A DNA stretch of 64,000 nucleotides. It comes from Desulfotalea sp. Its GTDB lineage: Bacteria > Desulfobacterota > Desulfobulbia > Desulfobulbales > Desulfocapsaceae. Under the pieces are notes generated by a model. The model searched no databases. It was not told the DNA's origin and saw only the letters and a list, made by a program, of their open reading frames with translations. The DNA is taken from contig JAOPTU010000012.1 in NCBI GenBank assembly GCA_051531995.1, positions 28,430 through 92,429 on the forward strand, in the 5' to 3' direction. A program made the position numbers and the translations under genes. Positions 9,408 through 17,724 of this stretch are shown here, piece by piece; the stretch's first letter is position 1, and each line of letters begins with the position of its first letter.

Positions 9408-10859
9408 CTATACTTTAGGGAGCATTATAGAAAATGTGCATCCTTCCGTACGATTGTTCGACACTTGGATTGCCCCATCCATTTCTTTAACAAATTTATG
9501 GGAAATATAAAGACCTAGCCCTACACCATCCATATGTTTACGAACTGACTTGCTCCGATAATATTTTTTAAAGATCAATGATTTCTCATTATTTATTATC
9601 CCCGGTCCCTGATCTTTAACTCGGAAAAGAACATACTCTGAATTATCATCTTTGAGAATAGATATGGTTATCTCGCTGTTTGCAGGAGAAAACTTAATGG
9701 CATTACCAACGATATTAAACAAGATCTGCTGTACATCCTCCAACCGTCCATACAGTTTGCCACAATCTGGTTGAAAATCATGTTTTAAAGCTATGCCTTT
9801 TTTTTCTGAAAGCGAGTTAAGGCTACTAATACAGTCCATCACAACGGGTTCTGGCTCAATTGGCTCTCTAATCTTTTTAGATGTATTAACTTCTAAAATC
9901 GAGGCATGCATCAACTGATCAAGAAGTACATTTATCCGTGTAAGTTCCAAACTAGCTATGGATAGAAATTTTCTCTGTTTTTCATTTATTGTACCCATTA
10001 TTTCTTCAACAATAAGGTTCACAGATTCTTGTATGGAAGCTAATGGAGTACGAATTTCATGACTCAACGTTGCGATAAAATCAGCTCGAAGGTTTTCCTG
10101 CTCTCTCAATTCACTGCTCATCTCATTATATGCTGCTGCGAGATCTTGAAATTCATCTTTCGAAGTCACATTTATTTCAGGAGCATTACCTCCTTTAGAC
10201 AAACTCTTTAATCCACTGGTTAGTTGCCTTAATGGAAATATTATAGACTTGGAAACAAACCAGACACCAACAATTGCAATCATCACAGAAAGACTGATTC
10301 CAAAAAGCCCGTTTCTTTCACTACTTATAGCATGATCGTGAATTTCTCCCAGACTTTGCTCTATCTGTCGCTGATTAGAATTTCTCATATCAACCAGTAC
10401 AGTCAACCATTGCTGCAGAATATCTTCTTCCACCCAATGTATTAATTTCAACTGTTTCTTTTCTCCAGTAGTATAGAGATTCGAAAGCTCTTTGTACTCA
10501 GCGTAGAACTTAAGAAATCCATCTGGCTCCGGAATTTTCTTCGCAGAAATCAGCTGAACAACAACACTGAGACTTAAATCAAACTCTCTTTGCGCTCCTT
10601 TAAAAAAGTCTCTATATGCTTCTTTGTCCAATAAAGTGTATTTTTTAGAATTCGCATCCATCTCAAGAAGTTCTTCAATCATTACCTTAGATTGATTCAT
10701 CACAAAATTATTTATAACAACAATATCTTGAGATAAAATCTTCATTTTCTGAGTATGTAAAAAAACCATGGCGATGGTTCCATAAAAGATGAGAACAAAC
10801 AAGAATAAAAATAGTGCAAGTTTGGAAGTTATTCCTACATATGGATGAATCGTTTTCAA
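9408..10859 (-). CDS. membrane sensor histidine kinase (HAMP-HisKA-HATPase)
   Basis: 483 aa, two TM segments flanking a periplasmic domain. H-box LSHEIRTPLASI, N-box NAIKFSP, DQGPGI, GVGLGL. Confidence 0.85.
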   Translation of the reverse strand: MKTIHPYVGITSKLALFLFLFVLIFYGTIAMVFLHTQKMKILSQDIVVINNFVMNQSKVMIEELLEMDANSKKYTLLDKEAYRDFFKGAQREFDLSLSVVVQLISAKKIPEPDGFLKFYAEYKELSNLYTTGEKKQLKLIHWVEEDILQQWLTVLVDMRNSNQRQIEQSLGEIHDHAISSERNGLFGISLSVMIAIVGVWFVSKSIIFPLRQLTSGLKSLSKGGNAPEINVTSKDEFQDLAAAYNEMSSELREQENLRADFIATLSHEIRTPLASIQESVNLIVEEIMGTINEKQRKFLSIASLELTRINVLLDQLMHASILEVNTSKKIREPIEPEPVVMDCISSLNSLSEKKGIALKHDFQPDCGKLYGRLEDVQQILFNIVGNAIKFSPANSEITISILKDDNSEYVLFRVKDQGPGIINNEKSLIFKKYYRSKSVRKHMDGVGLGLYISHKFVKEMDGAIQVSNNRTEGCTFSIMLPKV

Positions 10860-11038
10860 TTTAACCTCTAAAAGTAGCTATTTCTGGATATTCATAATCA
10901 GCAATAACCGTATCTTTTAACATTTTTTAGTTTAACAATACTACGTCTCTTCATGAAATTTACGCCGTAACATTTCGAACCATCAACTTTACTTTACAGT
11001 AATTGATAGTCCTTTTTCTCTCAAAACTCCAGCAACAT

Positions 11039-11063
11039 TTTTTGCACATATAGTGCGCAAAAA
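11039..11063. promoter_or_regulatory. candidate enhancer (UAS) for the NtrC-type regulator
   Basis: Imperfect inverted repeat TTTTTGCACAT-ATA-GTGCGCAAAAA, of TGC-N-GCA type, about 85 bp upstream of the sigma-54 -24 element. Confidence 0.4.
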
Positions 11064-11134
11064 GATGTTTACCAAACGCCCTCCGCACCCTACGCCTAAC
11101 CAGACAATAGCCAAACTCCAACTACTTACAAAAA

Positions 11135-11150
11135 TGGCACACCAATTGCT
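11135..11150 (+). promoter_or_regulatory. sigma-54 (-24/-12) promoter
   Basis: TGGCAC-accaa-TTGCT matches the TGGCAC-N5-TTGCW consensus. It lies about 108 nt upstream of the ATG at 11258 and diverges from the sigma-54 two-component operon. Confidence 0.7.
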
Positions 11151-11257
11151 AAGTAGTAAACAGTTGGATACGGTTCCACTTCAAATTACCGTAACAATAA
11201 ATACAGAGTCGATCAAATTAGTGATTGATTCAAAATATTAATAACAAGGGAAATAAA

Positions 11258-11572
11258 ATGAAAAAGTTACTCACAGTATTAATGATTGCTGGCCTTACAA
11301 TGTCTTCTGCTGCCTTAGTTTCAGCTAACAGTAAAGTAGCTCCTGTTGTGGATACAGTAAAACAAGAAGAAGCTGTAAAACCTGAAATCTTTGTTGGTCT
11401 TGTAAAAAGTTCAGACAAAGGTCTTATGCTAGAAACTACAAATGGCACTTTCCCTTTAAAAGGTTTAGATCTTAAACAACTTGTTGATCAAGAAGTAATT
11501 ATCGATGGTGTTGCTAAAATAGAGCAGGAACAAGATGTAATTTATGTTGTAAAAGCTAAAGTTAAAGGCTAG
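11258..11572 (+). CDS. small secreted protein, function unknown
   Basis: 104 aa from the ATG at 11258. Signal peptide MKKLLTVLMIAGLTMSSAALVSA. Followed by an intrinsic terminator. Confidence 0.6.
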   Translation: MKKLLTVLMIAGLTMSSAALVSANSKVAPVVDTVKQEEAVKPEIFVGLVKSSDKGLMLETTNGTFPLKGLDLKQLVDQEVIIDGVAKIEQEQDVIYVVKAKVKG

Positions 11573-11610
11573 TTACGCATTTACAGTATTACCCGTGTTA
11601 CCAATGACTA

Positions 11611-11646
11611 ATCCCGACAACTGAGAATCAATTGTCGGGATTTTTT
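11611..11646 (+). terminator. rho-independent terminator
   Basis: ATCCCGACAA / TTGTCGGGAT 10-bp stem followed by TTTTTT. Confidence 0.7.
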
Positions 11647-12013
11647 ACGTTGCAAACTATAAACTGTGACATGGGTATTATGCTAAACTTGCTTTTAAAT
11701 TTCCAATTTTATGATTCACGAGAGAACAGCAAAGATTTGAAAGAGCGAGGATGCTAAACGGGTACGAACACAACACATCCGAGATAATCAAGAGTGAATG
11801 CCGACTAAAGGTAAGTTAGCCAAGGTAAGAAAGCTGTAGACTAGAATACATTCTAGTTAAATGACAATAAAAGTTAGAAGCGTAGATCAATTTGATAATT
11901 TTACGATAAAGTAATTCTTGATAGCACTTAGGATAACAATCCTCCCACAAACTTCCTGAGGAAACTATAAATCGTATATTCCAACCCAAGCCCCGAATTA
12001 TTAAAAGGGAAAA

Positions 12014-12051
12014 TAAAAAAAGGGCTGATCATTAATTGATCAACCCTTTTT
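12014..12051 (-). terminator. bidirectional intrinsic terminator
   Basis: GGGCTGATCA-ttaat-TGATCAACCC hairpin with one mismatch, flanked by an A-run and a T-run. It lies 35 nt downstream of the minus-strand COG1579 gene. Confidence 0.6.
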
Positions 12052-12085
12052 CAGTCCAACATTTTTGCTCTACATGTTTTACCTA

Positions 12086-12799
12086 TTAAGCTGCATCAGG
12101 GTAGTAATACATTATGCGCTGACAAGTTGGACAATCAAAGCTAACATTACCACTTAGTAGCATATTGTATTTTTGAGGAGGTAAAGCCATATAACATCCT
12201 TGGCAAACACCATCTTCAACATTGGCTAGCGCTACACCTTCACGACGTTCACGAAGAATTTCGTATTTTTGCAACAATTTTGGTTCGATGGAAGCCGCTT
12301 GTTTCTTACGTTGATCAGCCTTGGATTTCTTCCTCTTATTGATCTTCTCAATATCTAGACGAACCTTCTCGGTTTCAGCCACAACAAGTTTTTTCTCACC
12401 TTTGAAAAGATTTCCTTCCTCAGTTACCTGTGTTGTTAGCTGCTCAATGGTTTCCATGATAGCAACAATCTTTTCTTCGTTTTCCTTACTAGCCTTTTTG
12501 CCATCTTCAATCTCTTTTAAAAGAGCCGCTTGCTCACGTCCTGTTTGTACGCTCATCATCTTAGATTGACGCTCACGAACATGGGCCAACTTCTCTTCCA
12601 TCTCAAGTTCGAGAGTTTTAGTCTCAGCCTTTTGAGTATCAATCTGAGAATTTAAATCAGCGATTAATTCCTCTTTAGCAGCCAAAGCGGTAATTCTTTC
12701 ATTCAAGCCTCCTTGAACACCAGTAATATCACCATCTATATTATCTATCTCACGGTCAATTTGCTGCAACTCTACTAGCTGTTCGATGAATTCTGACAA
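12086..12799 (-). CDS. coiled-coil C4 zinc-ribbon protein (COG1579 family)
   Basis: 237 aa, long coiled coil, C-terminal CQGC...CPTC zinc ribbon. Typical partner downstream of Nif3. Confidence 0.7.
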   Translation of the reverse strand: MSEFIEQLVELQQIDREIDNIDGDITGVQGGLNERITALAAKEELIADLNSQIDTQKAETKTLELEMEEKLAHVRERQSKMMSVQTGREQAALLKEIEDGKKASKENEEKIVAIMETIEQLTTQVTEEGNLFKGEKKLVVAETEKVRLDIEKINKRKKSKADQRKKQAASIEPKLLQKYEILRERREGVALANVEDGVCQGCYMALPPQKYNMLLSGNVSFDCPTCQRIMYYYPDAA

Positions 12800-12876
12800 G
12801 ACACCATCTCCTAAAAGTTCTATTGTTTACTAAAATATGAAGCTCCACTACAAAGTGAAAACTGTTAATCCATTAA

Positions 12877-13701
12877 TTACAATTCTACAAAATTTTTCCC
12901 GATACTAACAAAAGGGCTTTTTTCAAAGCAACTTTCTACAACATTCAACGACCAGTCATATTCACTGGCATAATTTTTTAATTTATCCGCTAACAACCCA
13001 ACGCTAAACTGTTCGGTTGAATAATGACCAGCATCAACTATGCAAAAATTCTTTTCTTCTGCCCAACGAGCTATATCATGCTTTATCTCTGCCGAAATAT
13101 AAATATCAACGCCTGACTTTTGAGCCGCAGATGCAAAACCAGAACCACTACCACCACACAGAGCAACACGGCGAACCGTATCCGGAATAGGCCCAGCAAT
13201 ATTAATATTATCAACTTTGAGATTTTTTAAAATAAGAGCGAAAAATGATTTTGTATCCATCTCTTCACCAAAACTAGCAATACAACCTACTCCACATCCC
13301 TCATGATTTTCTAAAGCGATAAGCGGGTTTTCCACTTGAAGGCCAAGAGCTTCGGCGAGCCTGGCACTAACGCCACCTATTGCATTATCAAGGTTGGTAT
13401 GACAGGCAATAATTGAAATATCATTTTTTATTGCAAGCTCTATAACTTTTCCGGTAGGAGAGGAGGTATCTATTGCAGAAAGTGGGCGAAAAATGAGTGG
13501 ATGATGAGTAATGATGGTGTCAGCCTGTATAGATATGGCTTCTTCTAAGAGGGCTGTGGAAGGGTCAAGACCAACAAGAATTTTTTCAACTTCCTGTTTT
13601 CGGTTCCCCACAAGAAGACCAACATTATCCCAAGATTCTGCCAAACTTTGGGGAGCGTCTTGCTCAATACTAGTTAAGATATCTGCAATATGGATAGTCA
13701 T
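12877..13701 (-). CDS. Nif3-family dinuclear metal centre protein (GTP cyclohydrolase 1 type 2 homologue)
   Basis: 274 aa. WDNVGLLVG, ITHHPLIFRPL and GHYSTE motifs. Confidence 0.85.
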   Translation of the reverse strand: MTIHIADILTSIEQDAPQSLAESWDNVGLLVGNRKQEVEKILVGLDPSTALLEEAISIQADTIITHHPLIFRPLSAIDTSSPTGKVIELAIKNDISIIACHTNLDNAIGGVSARLAEALGLQVENPLIALENHEGCGVGCIASFGEEMDTKSFFALILKNLKVDNINIAGPIPDTVRRVALCGGSGSGFASAAQKSGVDIYISAEIKHDIARWAEEKNFCIVDAGHYSTEQFSVGLLADKLKNYASEYDWSLNVVESCFEKSPFVSIGKNFVEL

Positions 13702-13734
13702 AGCTTAATAATTACTAGGGTGAAACACAGAGCA

Positions 13735-13766
13735 TAAAAAAAAGGTACAACCCCTAGGCTGTACCT
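13735..13766 (-). terminator. intrinsic terminator downstream of the tRNA
   Basis: On the minus strand: GGTACAGCC-tagg-GGTTGTACC followed by a T-run. Confidence 0.6.
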
Positions 13767-13917
13767 TCTCAACTTCTACAATCAAGATCAATCGTCTCGA
13801 TTTCCTCAGGTTGGCACCATTTAATGGTCCAACTTATATGTCGTCGCATCCCTATCAAAATAATTCGAGACCCAAAATTATATTTTTTGTCAAAATAAAA
13901 AACCCAAAGCACTAAAA

Positions 13918-13994
13918 ATGGTGGGCGTAGTAGGATTCGAACCTACGACCGATCGGTTATGAGCCGATGGCTCTAACCAGCTGAGCTATACGCC
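13918..13994 (-). tRNA. tRNA with CAT anticodon (elongator Met, or Ile2 if lysidine-modified)
   Basis: The reverse complement GGGCGTATAGCTCAGCTGGTTAGAGCCATCGGCTCATAACCGATCGGTCGTAGGTTCGAATCCTACTACGCCCACCA folds as a cloverleaf. G1-C72 pairing, so it is not an initiator. CCA is encoded. Confidence 0.9.
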
Positions 13995-14225
13995 CGTTTG
14001 TTAGTGCTCAACATGATAATATAACCTTAAGAAACAACAACTGTCAAGCGCAAATAAATGATAATTATAATTTTTTATAATTTAAAGTCTGAGCTCATCA
14101 TGCTTAGATTACAGTTTTGTAATCTAAAGGAAAGATTCTCGTAATCTGAATATATTATATTAAACTCTGAAAGTTAGAAAACAGCCCGAATTTTAAATCA
14201 AAACAATAATAACAAGGTAAGTAAT

Positions 14226-15263
14226 ATGTTTGGCACTCAAAAAGAAGAAAACCAGCCAGCTAGCAACCGACCTAGCTACGACACTGTCCAGGAGATCACC
14301 GCACAGGTGCAGGTGGACTCTAATTGGCTCCCTGCTCTTCGACAAGAAATGAGCAGAATGATAATTGGTCAAGATCACTTAGTGGAAAGGCTTATCATAG
14401 GTTTATTAACTGGTGGTCATATCTTACTAGAAGGATTACCTGGTCTAGCTAAGACCTTGGCTGTTAAAACTTTAGCGGACATAATCAAAAGTGACTTTAA
14501 GCGCATTCAGTTCACCCCAGATATGTTGCCTGCTGATATCATCGGAACCCAAATCTACAACCCACAAAAAACCACCTTTGAAATAAAAAAAGGACCGGTT
14601 TTTTCATCGCTTGTTTTAGCTGACGAGATAAACAGAGCTCCTGCCAAAGTACAGTCCGCTCTTTTAGAAGCAATGCAGGAAAAGCAGGTAAGTATAGGCG
14701 ATACTACCTTTAAATTACCAGATATATTCTTAGTTCTTGCAACCCAAAACCCAGTAGACCAGGAAGGAACCTACCCTCTTCCAGAAGCTCAAGTTGATAG
14801 GTTTATGCTCAAAGTAGTAGTTGAGTATCCAAGCATAAGTGAAGAATTTCAGATTCTTGCTAGTTATAACCAAAGAGAAAATGACACCGTCTTGCAGGAA
14901 GTAGCCAGCCCTGAAGATATATTAAGAGCGAGAAAAACAGTTTCAAGCGTTTATATCGATGACAAAATCAAAAGCTATATTGTTTCTCTTGTTTTTGCCA
15001 CAAGATCACCGCAGGACTTTAACCTTGATATCGGAGACTATATAGAAACAGGTGCCTCTCCACGAGCGACCATCAATCTGGCTCTTGTTTCCCAAGCTAT
15101 CGCTTTTCTAGCTGGTAGAGGATATGTCACCCCAGATGATGTAAAGTCGGCAGCACTTGATGTAATGCGACATAGACTCAGACTAAGTTATGAAGCTGAA
15201 GCTGAAGATATAACTAGTGAAGACATTATCCGTAAAATTTTAGACACCGTTCCAGTGCCATAA
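14226..15263 (+). CDS. MoxR-family AAA+ ATPase
   Basis: 345 aa. Walker A-like GLPGLAKT, Walker B LLADEINRA. First gene of the Bat-type operon. Confidence 0.9.
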   Translation: MFGTQKEENQPASNRPSYDTVQEITAQVQVDSNWLPALRQEMSRMIIGQDHLVERLIIGLLTGGHILLEGLPGLAKTLAVKTLADIIKSDFKRIQFTPDMLPADIIGTQIYNPQKTTFEIKKGPVFSSLVLADEINRAPAKVQSALLEAMQEKQVSIGDTTFKLPDIFLVLATQNPVDQEGTYPLPEAQVDRFMLKVVVEYPSISEEFQILASYNQRENDTVLQEVASPEDILRARKTVSSVYIDDKIKSYIVSLVFATRSPQDFNLDIGDYIETGASPRATINLALVSQAIAFLAGRGYVTPDDVKSAALDVMRHRLRLSYEAEAEDITSEDIIRKILDTVPVP

Positions 15264-16162
15264 TGCAGAAAGAAATTAGCCGAGACATTCTAAAGAAAGT
15301 GCGCCAAATCGAGATTCGCACGAACCGACTCGTTAACGCAAACCTTGCAGGAAACTACCACTCTGTCTTCAAGGGGCAGGGGATGGATTTCGATGAGGTG
15401 CGCGAATACGTTAGTGGCGACGACATCCGCAATATTGATTGGAATGTCACCGCTCGCACAGGCCTTGCCCATATCAAGAAGTTCACAGAAGAACGTGAGC
15501 TTACCATTATGCTTATGATCGATATCAGTGCTTCTGGTGACTTTGGCTCGATCAACACCAGTAAGCGGGAAATTATGGCTGAAATTGCCTCGGTGCTAGC
15601 TTTTTCAGCCATAAAAAATGGCGACAAGGTTGGATTGATCCTTTTTACCGATGTCATCGAGTTATACATCCCACCTAAAAAAGGGAGATCTCACATTTTA
15701 AGGGTTGTTCGTGAGATTTTGTTTTTTCAGGGTAAAGGTAAAGCGACTGATTTAACTGTGCCTTTAGTGTTCATCAATCAAGTTTTGAAAAAGAAATGTA
15801 TCAGCTTTCTACTCTCCGACTTCATCTGTAACGATATGGAAGAGATAAAACCCAAAATCCGCATAACCAACAAACACCATGATCTAATAGCCATACTCGT
15901 TCAAGACCCACATGATCGTGTGCTACCAGACTTGGGTTGGATTCGTTTTGAAGATGCAGAAACAGGTCAACAGGTGGAGCTAGACAGTTCGGATAAAAAC
16001 ATTAGAAAAGAGTTTGCCGAGCTTTCTAGTAAAAGGTTAAAAATCACTCATAAGGTGATAAGATCATGTGGTGTTGATATACTTGACCTCCTAACTGATG
16101 AGGCTTACCTACCTAAATTACTAGCTTTTTTCGGTATCAGAAAAAAGAGGTGTCGCCGATGA
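15263..16162 (+). CDS. DUF58 (vWA-like) protein
   Basis: 299 aa. GDDIRNIDWNVTAR motif. The start overlaps the moxR stop. Confidence 0.85.
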   Translation: MQKEISRDILKKVRQIEIRTNRLVNANLAGNYHSVFKGQGMDFDEVREYVSGDDIRNIDWNVTARTGLAHIKKFTEERELTIMLMIDISASGDFGSINTSKREIMAEIASVLAFSAIKNGDKVGLILFTDVIELYIPPKKGRSHILRVVREILFFQGKGKATDLTVPLVFINQVLKKKCISFLLSDFICNDMEEIKPKIRITNKHHDLIAILVQDPHDRVLPDLGWIRFEDAETGQQVELDSSDKNIRKEFAELSSKRLKITHKVIRSCGVDILDLLTDEAYLPKLLAFFGIRKKRCRR

Positions 16163-16743
16163 TCGCTAAAATATCGACAAGACTTTTTCTAAGTTTTTTG
16201 TCCCTAATCACCATATTACAATCTAACTTACTAGCAAGCCAAGTGGCTACGGATATAGCTGATATCGAAGGGCCAATCCCCTTGCCAAAACCATTTCCTT
16301 ATTATTATTTTGCCTTAGGTTTACTGATCACTGTTGTTGTGATTTTGTTGGCATTGTTTCTCAAAAAGAAATTTCAATCTAAAAACATAACTATTCCTGC
16401 CTGGGAAAAAGCACTTAATGACTTACAAGAAATTGAAAAAAATACTGATTTTGTAAGTGCCTCCTCCTACATTTTACGTGACTACATAGAAAAAAGATTT
16501 TCTATAAAATTCACTAAACAAACCAGTGAAGAATTTTTATCAAGCCTACAAAGTATGATGAAAAAAGATGACTTAAAAAATAGCTCTCTCCTAAAAGAAA
16601 AACAATGGCTAGAACAGTATTTACAAACCTGTGATTTAGTAAAGTTTGCTGGAAAAACACCAGATAGCACCGAAATAAAACAAATTAAATCAGCCCTGGA
16701 AAGCTTTATAACCAACAGTATCCCCCAGGAGGATAAAAAATGA
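16159..16743 (+). CDS. DUF4381-like membrane protein of the Bat operon
   Basis: ATG at 16159 forms an ATGA overlap with the DUF58 stop. Signal or TM segment plus a second TM. Position is typical between DUF58 and batA. Confidence 0.55.
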   Translation: MIAKISTRLFLSFLSLITILQSNLLASQVATDIADIEGPIPLPKPFPYYYFALGLLITVVVILLALFLKKKFQSKNITIPAWEKALNDLQEIEKNTDFVSASSYILRDYIEKRFSIKFTKQTSEEFLSSLQSMMKKDDLKNSSLLKEKQWLEQYLQTCDLVKFAGKTPDSTEIKQIKSALESFITNSIPQEDKK

Positions 16744-17723
16744 GAATCCTCTATCCAGAAGCGTTATTGCTCTTACTTTTGTTACCTGTACTAGCCTACC
16801 TACTCAGCAAAAGAGGACCGAGGCCAGCCTTAAAATTTTCATCAACCTCTTTGGTAGCTCAGCTAAGCACCGTGAAAAAAGCACCTGGCAAGACAGCTTT
16901 GTACCTGAGACTACTTGCTCTAACATTTATAATTATTGCTCTTGCCAGACCTCAGCTAGGCAACACATACAAAGAAGTGGAAGCAAGTGGTATCGACATA
17001 CTTCTAGCTGTGGATATTTCAGGATCCATGAAGGCCATGGATTTCACCCTCGACGGAAAAAGAACAAATCGTCTTGATGTAGTGAAAAATGTGGTTAAAA
17101 AATTTATCGAAGAACGACCAAACGACCGTATTTCTCTTATTGCTTTTGCCGGTAGACCTTATGTAGTTTGTCCTCTAACCCTTGATCACAATTGGCTACT
17201 AGAAAGATTAAACAATATACAAATAGGAATGGTGAAAGAAAATGGTACGGCTGTTGGATCTGCCATTGGTAGCGGAGTGAATAGACTTCGTGACAAAGAT
17301 GCTAAGTCTCGCATTATGATCGTCTTAACAGATGGAGTGAGTAACGTTGGTAAAGTATCTCCTCTAATTGCCGCCGAGGCCGCCAAAAGTTATGGGGTGA
17401 AAGTATACACAATTGGTGCTGGCACTAGAGGTGTGGCACCATTTCCTACAATTGACCCTTTTGGCAGAACAAGGCTAGTACAACGAAAAGTAGATATCGA
17501 TGAAAAAACTCTCACCGAAGTTGCCAATATAACCTCGGCGAAATACTTTCGCGCAACAGACACCAAATCTCTTGAAAACATTTATGCCGAAATAAACAAG
17601 ATGGAAACTACAACTAGAAAAACAAAACAGATTGAAAACTACCGAGAGCTTTTTCTCTTTCCACTGGCCCTTGCCCTTATCCTCCTCGCCATCGAGTTAA
17701 CAAAAAGGAAGAGGTTGCCATAA
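16740..17723 (+). CDS. batA: vWA-domain membrane protein BatA
   Basis: 327 aa. N-terminal TMs, MIDAS DISGSM, C-terminal TM. Confidence 0.8.
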   Translation: MRILYPEALLLLLLLPVLAYLLSKRGPRPALKFSSTSLVAQLSTVKKAPGKTALYLRLLALTFIIIALARPQLGNTYKEVEASGIDILLAVDISGSMKAMDFTLDGKRTNRLDVVKNVVKKFIEERPNDRISLIAFAGRPYVVCPLTLDHNWLLERLNNIQIGMVKENGTAVGSAIGSGVNRLRDKDAKSRIMIVLTDGVSNVGKVSPLIAAEAAKSYGVKVYTIGAGTRGVAPFPTIDPFGRTRLVQRKVDIDEKTLTEVANITSAKYFRATDTKSLENIYAEINKMETTTRKTKQIENYRELFLFPLALALILLAIELTKRKRLP

Positions 17724-17724
17724 G

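Noticed and set aside
11053-11241. 62-aa plus-strand ORF upstream of the secreted-protein gene
   Set aside because: It has no RBS. It spans the sigma-54 promoter and candidate enhancer and overlaps the true start region.
11647-12013. RNase P RNA (rnpB) downstream of the Nif3-COG1579 genes; the size fits (about 370 nt)
   Set aside because: I read both strands and could not find the universally conserved P4 strand GAGGAAAGUCCGGGC or the 3' ACAGAAxxCGGCUUA motif. The only loose resemblances were GGTAAG...GGTAAGAAAGC. The region is kept as unassigned.
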